DNA of 64,000 nt from Macrostomum lignano (taxonomy: Eukaryota). Every line of letters begins with the position of its first letter. The first letter of the stretch is position 1. Shown here in pieces: positions 1 to 21,148 of the stretch. A program made the translations under genes and the position numbers. Where the stretch lies: NCBI GenBank assembly GCA_002269645.1, contig NIVC01000525.1, positions 310,001 to 374,000 of the forward strand, in the 5' to 3' direction. The notes beneath the pieces were generated by a model. That model had not been told where the DNA came from and searched no databases. It saw only the letters and a program-made list of their open reading frames with translations.

Positions 1-87
1 GGCGGTCAGGAGGGAATCTCATGCTGGGTGTCAAGATTGAGGTGAAGCGTCCTACTGAATGAGTCAATATGGGAATCAGCGAGCTAG

Positions 88-3000
88 CAGACTGACTTCC
101 CAAGCAACCAAATCTCACCCCCCCAAGCAGCTCGCCGTCAGCAGCAGCAGGGCGCCGAACCCGTCTCGGTGCTGCGCGGGCCCCGCAAGCCGGGCGTCGG
201 GCGCCGCGACGGCCCAATCAGCCACATCCTGGAGGACCTTGTGCACTTTAATAACAACCTGACACCGACTGCCAAGGACCCGGCTCTCTGGTGGTGCCGC
301 CCGCCGCCGCCGCCGGCTCCTGCGTCACCTTCGGTGAGCTCAGCCAGCGGGCCAACTTTTTGGCGCGCTGCCTGTTGCGCACCCTGCGCTCGCACGGCAT
401 CGACGTTTGCGGCGGCGGCGGCGGCGGCGGCGCGGCCCTCTGCGTCGTCATGCCATGCGGGCCGGACCGCCTGGCGCTGGAGCTGGCGGCGCTGAAGCTT
501 GGCCTGCCGCTACTGGGCCTGGAGCAGCCGGAGGACGGCGACTTTGCCCGAATGCTGGTCGGCCTGCAGGCAGCGTTGAAGGTGGCGAAGCCGGTGGCCC
601 TGGTGGCAGCGGCCGGTGCAGCGGCTCGCCTGCCCGAGCTTCGCAGCCTGGCGCCCGCGCTGGCCCTGGCGCTCCAGTTCGAGGATCTGGCCGAGGCCGG
701 CGAAGCTCTGGGCCTGTCCGACCGCGACCTGCAGGACGAGGAGCGGCCGGTGGTGGTGGCCGACGCGGACTCGGCCTGCTGCGCGGTGGCCATTGTGGTT
801 GAATCCATGGGCGGCCGGTTGGTCAGCCTGACCCAGGGCCAGCTGCTGGCTGCGGCCAACTGGCTGCGGGACACCCTGCCCTGGCAGTGCCACGAGGTGC
901 TGTGGATTGGCGACTCCTGCGACAGCGCCTACTGGCGGGTGCACGCACTCAGCGCCCTGCTGAACGGCATCCCGCTGCTGATGTGCCCAGGCTGCGGCCG
1001 CTGGGACGCCTGGCTGAAACTGGTCAGGGCTCAGTGAGTCTTTGGCAAGGCCTGCGGGCTGGTGTGGTTGACTGTTGATGGAGAATTACAGTTAGCTAAT
1101 GGGGGAATTACAGTTGGCTAATGTGGAATTATAAAAGCCCATGAGAAACTACAGATAGTTTAAAACAATATTTTACAGTTATTGAATGACAGTTGATGGG
1201 AATGAATGAAAGTTGATGGGGAATGAATGACAGTTGATGGGGAATAAATGACAGTTGATGGGGAATTAATGACAGTTGATGGGGAATTAATTAAAGTTGA
1301 TGGGGAATTAATGACAGTTGATGGGGAATTAATTAAAGTTGATGGGGAATGAATGACAGTTGATGGGGAATGAATGACAGTTGATGGGGAATGAATGACA
1401 GTTGATGGGGAATGAATGAAAGTTGATGGGGAATGAATGACAGTTGATGGGGAATAAATGACAGTTGATGGGGAATTAATGACAGTTGATGGGGAATTAA
1501 TTAAAGTTGATGGGGAATTAATGACAGTTAATGGGGAATGAATGACAGTTGATGGGGAACGTCAGACCATTGACGTCATTGACTGTTACCTAAGAGTGAC
1601 ATCGCCGTTCATTCTGCCATCATCTGTTTGCCCGCCATCGAAATGCAGCTACGCCACCAGGCTGGTGGCCAGCCCCAGCTTCCTGACGGATCTGCTCAGC
1701 CACACGGCCAACCGGCCGGCTGCCCGCGCCCAGCTGGCCTCGCTAGAGACCGTCCTGGTCATCGGCGAGCCGCTGTCGCCGCGCACGGCAGATGAATTCT
1801 ACAGGCAGCTGGGCGCCGGCCGCACCCTCGGCTGCCTGTACGCCAGCGTGGAGGCCTGCGGAGCCGCCGCCTACGGCATCTACCGCTGCCCGGCCGACGT
1901 GGCCGAGGTCCGACAGCTGTCCGACAGTCTGCTGGCTCTGTCCGAGGCCGCTCCAAATGTCCGGCTGGCCGTCACCGACCAGCGCGGCAGGCCGCTGCCG
2001 GCCGGGCAGCTCGGCGAGATCCGCCTGCTGCTGCTCAACGACGTCGACTCCGACGACGGCAGGGACATCGGGTCGGAGGCCGCTTGGGCGTCGGCGCTGC
2101 GGACTGGCGATCTCGGACAGGTGCGCGGGTGCCACCGGCCACCTGCTTTGCTACGGCCGGTCCGACCCGGCCGCTCTGGCCGCCGTTGAAGCCGCCGCCG
2201 GCATCGGCTGGCAACTGCTGGCGGCGCCGGGTAGCGCCGGGCGCCTATTGGCGAAGGCACCAGCGCCGGAGTGTCGGCGCTTCTCTACGGCGCCGCTGAT
2301 GCGTGAAATTTCTATGAAATTTGAGATTAAAGGTTTGGGAGAATTTTTGTAGTCTTTTTGTGACCCCGTGACCTCCTCATTTTATCGCCTGACCTCTCCA
2401 ATTTGGCGCCCTGTGACCTCAGTTTGGCGTCCTATGACCTCAGTTTGGCGTCCTATGACCTCAGTTTGGCGTCCTATGACCTCAGTTTGACCCCTGTGAC
2501 CTCATTTTGGCGCTCTGTGACCTCAGTTTGGCACCTGTGACCTCAGTTTGGCACTCTGTGACCTCAGTTTGGCGACCCTGTGACCTCAGTTTGGCTTCTT
2601 ATGACCTCAGTTTGGCACCCTGTGACCCCAGTTTGGCGCTCTGTGACCTCAGTTTGGCGCTCTGTGACCTCAGTTTGGCTCCTTGAGACATTCCTAATTT
2701 GGCGTCTCGTGACCTTTATGTGTGCTTCCTATACGTAGACTTCCAATATTACGTCATTTTTGCAACCTTCACTTGTCCAACCCACCTGCCCAGTCGGTGT
2801 CCTCGCCGACTGCTCCGCGGTGCCCCGACGCCGTCTGTGGGAGCTGCCGGATCTGCGGGCCGTGCGCCAGCCCGCCTTCGCCGATGACGACCTGGGCGGC
2901 GGCGGCAGTGACGGCGGCAAAGGCGGCAAAGAAGCTGAGGACAGCGGTGGCAGCGACGCCTGGACGGCGGCGGCTCGGCAGCTGGTGGAGGCGGCAGCGA

Positions 3001-4514
3001 CGCCCGCTGGCGGGAAGCGGCCAGCCGGAGGCGGCGGTCTCGGCCGGCTGCTGAGCTGCCCGGAGCCGCCGCCGCAGGCTGACAGTCGCTGGCCGGCCTG
3101 GGAGAGCCACCTGCTGCACACGGAGGCCACCTACCGGATGGAGGGCCCGGACTTCGCCGGCAGCGTCGGCAGCTTTCGCCTGCTGGACGTCGGCGGCTCC
3201 GGCCGGGTGGCCGCCCTGGTGGAATTCCGCGTCATCGAGACCGGCATCGCCGGAGCCGCCGCCGACGCTGGCGAGGCCGGCTTCGACTCCGCCGCCTGCG
3301 CTGCTGCCGCGAAGGCTGAGCAGCAGCAGCAGCTTTCGCCGGCCTCGGAGGAGCTCGGCTCCGTCTGCCGGGTTCTTCGAGTTCGATTTCCGAGCTTCGC
3401 TGGCGGCGGCGGCAGCGGCGGCGGCAGCGGCGGCGTCAGGGCGCTTCGCTTCCTGCGGCTGGCCGACCTGGCGGAGCACCTGCTGCTGCACTGCGCCCAG
3501 CTGCTTGGCTGCGGCCTGGCGATCCGCGTGGCGGACGATTTGGTTACTCAGGTTGGGCAGAAACTGGGACTGGGAATTCTCTCGATTGCCTGCCTATCCG
3601 CTCACGGCGTGCTTGGGGATGTGCTTGTCAGTCTCCGGGGAGCTGTCTCAAAATTCGACATTTAGATGGAATTTCCTCACCCAAAATGCCCCAACCCGAA
3701 ATTCCCCCAACCCGAAATCTCCCCAACCCGAAATCCCCCTAACTCAAAATTCCATCCAACCCGAAATTCCCCCAACCCGAAACTCCCCCAACCCGAAACT
3801 TCCCCTAACTCAAAATTCCATCCAACCCGAAACTCCCCCAACCCGAAATCCCCCTAACTCAAAATTCCATCCAACCCGAAATTCTCCCAACCCGAAACCC
3901 CCCAACCGGAAACCCCGAACCCGAAATCCCTCTAACTCAAAATTCCATCCAACCCGAAATCCCCCAACCCGAAACTCCCCCAACCTGAAACTCCCCCAAC
4001 CCGAAACTCCCCCAACCCGAAATCCCCCTAACTTAAAATTCCACCCAACCCGAAACTCCCCCAACCCGAAACTCCCCCAACCCGAAACTCCCCCAACCCG
4101 AAACTCCCCCAACCCGAAACTCCCCCAACCCGAAACTCCCCCAACCCAAAATCTCCCCAACCCGAAATTCCTCTCCCACTCAACCCGCAGACCCTGTGCC
4201 AGGAACTCGGCTACAGGGTGGCCTCAACCCGCCAGCCGGTCTCCATGGGGCCGAATTTCGACGCCGTCTCCAACGGCTGTTTCAGCAGGGCGGCCGGCAT
4301 TGGCGGCAGCCGCAGCAGCGCCAGCAGTCGCAGTAGCAGCGTTAGCAGCAGTGGCGGCGGCGGCGGCGGAGGCGGCGGCGGCGGCCGAGGACGCGGTCAG
4401 GCCTGGGAGGCGGCCACCGTGTCGGAGCTGCACGCCCAGTGCCGAAGCTCCGCCGCGGTGCTGCTAGTTCGGTCGGTGCCCCGGCTGACGTCCGAGGAGG
4501 CCTCCAGCCAGTGA
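88..4514 (+). CDS. Ebony-like NRPS-type protein (degenerate adenylation domain plus aaNAT-like amine-selecting C-terminal domain); 4 exons, 2 frameshifts (pseudogene or assembly indels)
   Basis: Exons about 88-1033, 1649-2302, 2794-3551 and 4191-4514; all three GT..AG junctions join in phase. Motifs: VTFGELSQRANFLA (A1), LAALKLG (A2), WLRDTLPW, RLVASPSFL, VLVIGEPL, LYASVE (A5), LPAGQLGEI (A6), RTGDLG (A7), GHLLCYGRSD (A8). C-terminal VTQTLCQELGYRV resembles Ebony LTQQL..V.GY. Frameshifts near 288 and 2128. The 5' end is uncertain. Confidence 0.75.
1190..1560. repeat. Intronic minisatellite, about 21-bp unit (gacagttgatggggaatgaat)
   Basis: Tandem copies visible inside intron 1 of the ebony-like gene. 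Confidence 0.95.
2360..2690. repeat. Intronic minisatellite, about 20-bp unit (tgtgacctcagtttggcgctc)
   Basis: Tandem copies inside intron 2 of the ebony-like gene. Confidence 0.95.
3665..4185. repeat. Intronic C-rich minisatellite (aacccgaaactccccc-like units)
   Basis: Tandem copies fill intron 3 up to the acceptor caacccgcag at 4190. Confidence 0.95.
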
Positions 4515-5259
4515 CTCAACGGCATCTCAGTTAATTTTTATTTATTTTATATATTTCGCTTATATTCTAGAGTTCAACAAGTTCAACTAAATGACAACTT
4601 AATAACTGAGTTATCAAGTTGTCCTTGGCTTGATGTCCTTGCTGTCTGCACACTGCTTTTTTAGAATGGAATCCATTAAAACTTCGGTTTTGCCATAGAC
4701 TATTTTCGGTCAAAGAATGTAGAGCCTAAAAAATTCTAATTTTTTAAAGCGAAGTTAAACCTTCAACTAAAAGTTTGAAGGTGTCGTCTTTCTACCATCA
4801 GCCTGTTGTTCCTGAATGCAATGCTATCAGGTTTTGAGACGCTAAAAACACCAGGTGTCATCTCGGAGTCGCCCGTTTCGATTTTATAATTAAACTATTT
4901 TAAACAGCTACGAGTAGAAAATTATGGCTATTTCGATGCTTTCATATTTCGTCTATGGCGAAAAGCTTATTTAAGCGATAATTGCTGCAACTGGTCTATC
5001 TGGTGTTTTTTAGAATGCCCAAGTGCAAGTTTTTCCCCTCTTGTTTTATTTTTTGTGGTCGCGAACGGCTGAGGACTCGTTTATGGGGTCGGAGTGTGGC
5101 CGAAACCGCTCGAGGCCATATAGACAAGTGAAATAAACGGGAATAATTTATTTATTACCCACTTGGAGCCTGGCCATGGACTACAGAAACAAACGTATTT
5201 ATTTGCAGCTTTTATTGCGCCAGGCAAAAAATGCGTTTCTATAGTCTATGGCCAGCCCC

Positions 5260-6030
5260 CAAGTGGGTAATAAGTACGTTTCTGTAGTCTATGGCCAGCC
5301 CCCAAGTAGGGTAATAAATACGTTCTGTAGTCTATAGCCGGGCCCCAAGTGGGTAATAAATACGTTCTGTAGTCTATGGCCAGCCCCCAAGTAGGGTAAT
5401 AAATACGTTCTGTAGTCTATAGCCGGGCCCCAAGTGGGTAATAAGTACGTTTCTGTAGTCTATGGCCGGGCCCCAAGTGGGTAATAATTACGTTTCTGTA
5501 GTCTATGGCCGGGCCCCAAGTGGGTAATAATTACGTTTCTGTAGTCTATGGCCGGGCCCCAAGTGGGTAATAAGTACGTTTCTGTAGTCTATGGCCGGGC
5601 CCCAAGTGGGTAATAATTACGTTTCTGTAGTCTATGGCCGGGCCCCAAGTGGGTAATAAGTACGTTTTTGTAGTCTATGGCCGGGCCCCAAGTGGGTAAT
5701 AAGTACGTTTCTGTAGTCTATGGCCGGGCCCCAAGTGGGTAATAAGTACGTTTTTGTAGTCTATGGCCGGGCCCCAAGTGGGTAATAAGTACGTTTTTGT
5801 AGTCTATGGCCAGGCCCCAAGTAGGTAATAAATACGTTTCTGTAGTCTATGGCCGGGCCCCAAGTGGGTAATAAGTACGTTTCTGTAGTCTATGGTCGGG
5901 CCCCAAGTGGGTAATAAGTACGTTTTTGTAGTCTATGGCCAGGCCCCAAGTAGGTAATAAATACGTTTCTGTAGTCTGTGGCCGGGCCCCAAGTAGGTAA
6001 TAAGTACGTTTTTGTAGTCTATGGCCGGAC
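5260..6030. repeat. 43-bp minisatellite (ctatggccgggccccaagtgggtaataagtacgtttctgtagt)
   Basis: Near-identical tandem units read directly from the sequence. Confidence 0.95.
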
Positions 6031-6395
6031 TCCAAGCCGGGAAAAATCATTTATATGCTCCTGTGTGTTTCGACTTTTTATTTTTTCATTAATTTTGTTG
6101 CTCGATAAATATCTATTCAATCAGAACGAACACGCAGGCACTGTGTTTCCCTTTCTGTTAATTTTTGTTTTTAAACTTTCGTGTTCGTTTCGCTTTTCTA
6201 TGCTGCAAATTTGAGCCATTTTTTTTACTTGAAAACTATTTGCAAACCAATTCCTATTTCCAAGTGTAGTGCCGCTGCCTCTGCCTGTCTGTTTAATAAA
6301 TTCTGCGTTCCAGAATGGTTGTTTATCTGTAAGGAAATTCCGAACTGCTTTAAAAGAAGCCAGGTTAACTTTGATGATGCAATTGAGAAATCCGT

Positions 6396-7015
6396 TGACT
6401 GACTGACTGACTGACTGACTGACTGACTGACTGACTGACTGACTGACTGACTGACTGACTGACTGACTGACTGACTGACTGACTGACTGACTGACTGACT
6501 GACTGACTGACTGACTGACTGACTGACTGACTGACTGACTGACTGACTGACTGACTGACTGACTGACTGACTGACTGACTGACTGACTGACTGACTGACT
6601 GACTGACTGACTGACTGACTGACTGACTGACTGACTGACTGACTGACTGACTGACTGACTGACTGACTGACTGACTGACTGACTGACTGACTGACTGACT
6701 GACTGACTGACTGACTGACTGACTGACTGACTGACTGACTGACTGACTGACTGACTGACTGACTGACTGACTGACTGACTGACTGACTGACTGACTGACT
6801 GACTGACTGACTGACTGACTGACTGACTGACTGACTGACTGACTGACTGACTGACTGACTGACTGACTGACTGACTGACTGACTGACTGACTGACTGACT
6901 GACTGACTGACTGACTGACTGACTGACTGACTGACTGACTGACTGACTGACTGACTGACTGACTGACTGACTGACTGACTGACTGACTGACTGACTGACT
7001 GACTGACTGACTGAC
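6396..7015. repeat. (GACT)n microsatellite, about 620 bp
   Basis: Pure tetranucleotide run. Confidence 0.99.
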
Positions 7016-7899
7016 ATTTAACGTCAAAAGTTAGAAGAATGTAAATCTTTCAAATTGAACACCTCCCGTACAATTCAAGTAATTTCATATTCCATAGATT
7101 TGCACGGACTGTTACAATGCAAGCAAGGCACATGTAGATTCAACACAGATCCTTGTCAACATAAGTGGGACATTCAACTGTGCAGATAAGCATTAAACAG
7201 AAGAAACGTGAAGCAAAATATAAATCATTGTAGATGAGTGACCGTCAGCTTGTCAGCTGCCAAAAACAGCAATTTTGTCCATACCTTACTACTGTAGTAG
7301 TAGTCAGAAGACTGCCTTCATAGAAAATTTTACTGACCTACTGATTTTGCAAATTTAGTACATTTAGACTAGCCAGTTTGTGCCCCTTTTGGGGAAGACA
7401 CAGGATATCCCTTCTGTGAAATTTAAATCCCCTTTCTGCCATGTTCGCTCCCAATACCATTTTAAAATAGCAGTAAATTGACCAATTTCTACACAATCTG
7501 AGCTATCCAGTTCAAAAATACTTTTTATGACCAAATTTGAAGCGCGACTTGAGTCCTCTCAACTACTGCAATTAGCGGTCCTGGCTACTAATTGCACAAC
7601 AGACAGACAGCTTGGGCAAAGACCGTAGAAGTAGACAGCGAGCTGTAAATCATAAGAAAATTAAAAATTAATTAATTAAAATGTCTGCGTGGGCAAGCAG
7701 CCGGCCTTTCTGTGCGCCCCTCGTTCTGTTGAAGAGTTTTGTCGATCACCGCCTCGGAAAGGTCGACCAGAATTCTGCAGTGTTGAAGATGGAAAATGTT
7801 GCTGCAACTCTTTTTAGGACAATAGACAGCCACTTTCATGGTTGGGATCATTTTTCATAGATGGGATCTTCACTAGTAGTAGTTGATAGCATCTGACTA

Positions 7900-8480
7900 G
7901 AGATAGGATCTGGAATTGGAGGATGGGATCTGGAATTTGAGGATGGGATGATGGGATTGGATAATGGGATCTGAGATTTGAGGATGGGATCTGGGATCTG
8001 GGATTGCAGGACGGAATCTGAGATTGCAGGATGGAATCTGAGATTGGAGGATGGGATCTGGGATTGCAGGATGGGATCTGAGATTGGAGGATGGGATCTG
8101 GGATTGCAGGATGGGATCTGAGATTGGAGGATGGGATCTGGGATTGCAGGATGGGATCTGAGATTGGAGGATGGGATCTGGGATTGCAGGATGGGATCTG
8201 AGATTGGAGGATGGGATATTGGATTGAAGGATGAGATCTGGGATTGGAGGATGGGATATTGGATTGAAGGATGAGATCTGGGATTGGAGGATGGGATATT
8301 GGATTAGATAATGGGATCTGAAATTGCAGGATGGGATCTGGGATTGGAGAATGAGATGTGGGATTGCGGGATGGGATTTGAGATTAGAGAATGGGATCTG
8401 GGATTGAAGGATGATATCTGGGATTGGAGGATGGGATATGGAATTGGATAATGGGATCTGAAATTGCAGGATGGGATCTG
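7900..8480. repeat. About 20-bp minisatellite (gggatctgggattgcaggat)
   Basis: Tandem copies with variants. Confidence 0.95.
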
Positions 8481-8940
8481 GAATCTAAAATAAATTTAAT
8501 ATCACTTGATGAAATCTTTACATAACAACATTTTAAAAGTCGATGTTGTCTGCAACTGCTTGTGCTATAGTCCTATAAAAATATAGGGATATTTGGTGCA
8601 AGTTAGAAATCAAAAGTGCATTGCTTTCGGCTAGCAGCAGCCTAGACTAGGGGCGTTCGTAAATGCAAAAGAGATTAGGAGAGTGGCACAGCCACTGCGA
8701 ACCCATTAGTATTGAACTAAACAAGGTTAATTGCCTGTCTGCCAGCCACACTCACAAGCAGCTCATTGTGTTGTGTGGCAGCCTTCGAGCCTTCAACGGG
8801 TTGTAGAAGAACCGAAAGCTCCTGCACCGCGACTGGTTAGTCAGCTATGATTGCTGTTGTTTTTAGAAGAAAACAAACAAAAATGCTTGATTAGGATAAA
8901 TTAGAGGGTTAGAGGTCCAGTTGTGCCAGCGGACTCAATG

Positions 8941-17135
<8,195 letters not shown>

Positions 17136-17273
17136 CTATGGGATCAAAGCTGCAAAGCAATCAATAATATTTCAATTTTTCGAATTTAGATCACTCTTGG
17201 AGCACTGAGATTCTGTCCGTTTTACGTGTGATTAATTTTGCTTCATCATCCAACCGCTGGTTCTACCCGGCTG

Positions 17274-17287
17274 GTTGTCATGGTTAC
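17274..17287. promoter_or_regulatory. X-box (RFX)-like palindrome upstream of CDKL
   Basis: GTTGTCATGGTTAC about 180 bp upstream of the CDKL ATG; a second imperfect site GTTGCTATGGGATC at 17132-17145. Confidence 0.55.
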
Positions 17288-18059
17288 CAAAATCCGCGAA
17301 ACCGATAGGAGCTCAGGGGGGGAAGAGAGGAGGGAGTGAGGGGGGATGGAGAGGAGAGCAACCTGGCTGAGCTCAAACCCAGCCTCCCCAAATCCCCCTA
17401 GCTGGCTAGGGGGATGCTGGAATTTCAGCTCAAAGATAATTTTTTCCAGATTGAAAGTTCACCGTCTTGCATTGTTAACACGGGGCTGGGGCTATTGAGA
17501 AAATCTCAGTCTATTTACGGTTGAACCGCCTGCCTTTAATTATGCATCTAATAGAGAGCCTGCAGGGACCATCTGGAGGCTTCAGCATTCTCGCGGGTCG
17601 GTGGTCTGCCGTGCCATTGTTGTTGAATGGGCCTTTTACGGAGCTGCCATACATATGCCAGCTATGGACCATAAAAACTTAATATAATGCAGACTGTAAG
17701 GATGCCGGGATTGAATAGAGTATGCATGCAGACACCTTCCGTTGTGTCATTAATCCTTTAGCGTAAGGGGAGAAAAGTAGATCGGTTTTAAAATGACAAA
17801 GGATTGGCTCAAAGCACTTGAGGGAATCTGAAGGGTGTTGACCAATGCAGGAAAATGGCTGGAGTCTCGTGTCTCGTGTTCTCACTCTGAAGATGGAGGT
17901 GTCAACTCTGTACCCTGGCAGCAGTGTAGTGAGTTGCAGTATTATACGAGGGTATAGTTGCATTTTTGAGTCGGAGCGGCTTGTGACAAAGGAGGCACCC
18001 TGGTGAGCTTTTAATGCGATTTTAGCGTATACCCTGACATCTGATGCCTAGGATTTAGA

Positions 18060-18440
18060 ATGCCCTGACACCTGAGTTGGCACCCCTGACACCTGAGTTG
18101 GCACCCCTGACACCTGAGTTGGCACCCCTGACACCTGAGTTGGCACCCCTGACACCTGAGTTGGCACCCCTGACACCTGAGTTGGCACCCCTGACACCTG
18201 AGTTGGCACCCCTGACACCTGAGTTGGCACCCCTGACACCTGAGTTGGCACCCCTGACACCTGAGTTGGCACCCCTGACACATGAGTTGGCACCCCTGAC
18301 ACCTGAGTTGGTGTGTCCTGACACCTGAGTTGGTGTGTCCTGACACCTGAGTTTGGTGTGTCCTGACACCTGAGTTTGGTGTGTCCTGACACCTGAGTTT
18401 GGTGTGTCCTGACACCTGAGTTTGGTGTGTCCTGACACCC
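18060..18440. repeat. 21-bp minisatellite (cctgacacctgagttggcacc)
   Basis: Tandem array visible. Confidence 0.96.
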
Positions 18441-20844
18441 AAATAAGTAGACACTTAAGTCCTGCATTGGATAGAGAACCCCAAGCTCCCCAAAGTTAAA
18501 AAAAATGATAACAGCAAGCCATAGCTATTGAGGTTCGTAGAGTAATAGTTTTGAGTACTCACTTCTAAACTGGACGTCTTGTCCGGCAATTTGGTCTCGT
18601 CCAACAACTTTCTTCGATTAGAAATAGAAATTTGCTTTTCAAGCGACAATAAGGTAATATTGAGTCAAAGAAGCAGTTTTATGGCGGCAGCTTGTGGCAT
18701 AAGCTCCACCTGTCCAAACCATTCAAGCCCTGGCTCACCCTAGGCAACAGGCCGGGCTTGAATTTGCAGTGTGCAAACTGAGCTGTAGAGAACTGTGCAG
18801 ATGCTGCTGTACACTGAACCATCAAAGTGAGTGCCAAGCCCCACAGCGGCTGCTCCTTCTGCTGTTGGAGAGAAATCTAACTAACTAGATGGTGAGAAAG
18901 GAAGAGACTCCTCCTAAGCCCGGTCATTTCATCAGTTCCATTGTTCGCAATGTTTGCTAGAAAATTTTAGCTTGCATGACCAGCTTTTATACATCTGAGC
19001 TACTTGTACAGCACTCGAAGCAGCTCATGCTTCAGCGCAGTTTTAATTTCTATTAGACTTCAAATCTAACAAAGCGCTGCGCAAGTTCTTCCCCAGCATG
19101 GCCCATTCGGATATTTCGATGCGGTGTGACACTTTAGCAATGCGTGCGGCAGTTTTTTATTGCTACTGCCGTAGTCTTGCTAATATAAGCCGCGGTTACA
19201 GGTAGAATGCATGCAATACAGAAGGTCCATTCATTTTATCAAGTAATTAATTCAAAACATTTGCAAAGCGGCACCCACCCCCGTTGCTGCTGCTACGATA
19301 TTTATCGAACCTTAATTATAGCTCTACGGTAATCGCTAATTACAGTAGTCAAAATTGATAATCGTTTATTCTACCAAGTGATCATCAATTAGCTATACTC
19401 TGCTACCTTTCATTTTTAACTTTTTACAAGCTAACAAAGCATAGAATGCTTTTAACGCTTGTTCAACTATTTAATTTTCAATACTAGTGCCGCTGGGATG
19501 TGTTGATTCGGGATCATGTACCAGTATCATAAACCAGGATCATGTGTCGGGATCATGTACTAGGAATATGCATGTACCAGTTTACAGTATGTGTCATAAA
19601 TCTGTTGTTTAAAGCGACAAAAATTATATGTATAGTACAGGTGTAATTATGCAGTGTAATCGGCAGATTAAATTAAAGAGGAGACAGTAATCATCTTTAC
19701 ATGAGAACTTAATTGTGTAAGTACTATTACTTTACATGCAGCAATAAAACATGTACATGTAGTGTTAGGTACTGAAAGTCGTCCTTCGTGGTACATGTAC
19801 ATGTAAATATAATCTACATGTACGGTCATATGTACTTGCGAAGTAAAATACGCTACATCGCATGTAACTTCGCATTTGTCCTTTTGATTTCGAGCTTCTG
19901 GGCTTACAAAAAGATTGAATTTCTCGTTTCCACTAACATACATGCTAAACGAGATTGTTGATGAATGCAAACAAAGCCACGCAACGGTTAAAAGGGATTA
20001 AGCAAAGGACCATGCTTTTTACAGTCACGAATGTATAATCATAGGTGTACAATACATAAATGAAATTTTTGTCTAAGAATCAAAAAAATTAAAATTTACT
20101 AATTAACCTAAGTAATTTTTAAAATATTTAGTTTTAATCGGTTAGTTATTTTATCGTGAGTTGAGGCACTAATTTAATACGTCACTTTTCATCATATTAA
20201 TGGATCATGCAGCAGGGCAGGATTGAATCGAATAGCCTTAGTTAAGTGTTAATGCAAATTTAGCTCTAAAGGAGTAAATTTTTTTATAAAGTCCTTAAGA
20301 AAGCAATATTCTGAAATAAAGTAATAGTATCACAGAACCAATATCCTTTTTTGACGAAGTATTGAGAAAATTATGCTCGACATTATATGTGTCTTGGTTT
20401 AGACTAGTGAAGGTCTTAATTGTAACTAATATATCAAATGGGCTAATTTAAGGCAAGTGTTGAATGAATTAGTCTAAAATTGTCATTCTGCCACTTTTAA
20501 AGTGACTGTGCCACAAATAAGTGTTGCGTGTTGGGTGAAAAATAATATTAGCAGAGTTCTGCTATTTTTGTAGGTATTTTTAGTTTTTAATACTATTTTT
20601 ATAACAACTCTCGAAACAAAATAATGCTCTATCTTGTTTAGAAAATAAATACTTGCTTCTTAAAAGTGAAAACACCCATGAATTATATTTCCTAAATTAA
20701 TCCAAGGACAAATTGAATATTATTATTAAAAACAACAAAAATCACATTGTGATTTGGAGGGGCTATTATTTTTTTATTAGAGGCAGGGGGGTTGTGTGCA
20801 CCCTGGCGCAATTTAAGCGACATTGTCACACAACCGGCGAGAGG

Positions 20845-21118
20845 CATTACTGCCCATTCCGCCGACTCCCCTGAGCAGGCATACAAGCGCGCGGATACGT
20901 TACGCAGGCACACACTCACACAGGAGTGTACAGCGGCCCTAACTTTATCAATTGTTAGGCATGTACACTTCACTGCGCCTTGGGGGGGTTGGCTCTCAAG
21001 GCCGTTAAGCGAACCAAGCCAAGATTCCAATCCAGCCCCAAATTAATGTGGCTGCACTTGGAATCGAGCCTGGGTTGCGGCACACCAGAGCAGCTGCGCT
21101 ACCGCTGGGCTACGGCCC
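20845..21118 (-). mobile_element. tRNA-derived SINE (second family)
   Basis: The reverse-complement head gtagcccagcggtagcgc...ggctcgattcc carries A/B-box-like motifs; the body matches the fragment at 12648-12745. Confidence 0.6.
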
Positions 21119-21148
21119 CCGGAGGGGCTAACAAAGATTTAATCAATT

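Noticed and set aside
3-62. RRM-like tail (NLMLGVKIEVKRPTE*) at the window edge
   Set aside because: Too short and truncated to support a call.
6121-7027. (SQSV)n ORFs
   Set aside because: Translation of the (GACT)n microsatellite.
7330-7640. Helentron/DINE-like non-autonomous element
   Set aside because: Only a loose resemblance (ccaaatttgaag...acagacagacag); termini could not be defined.
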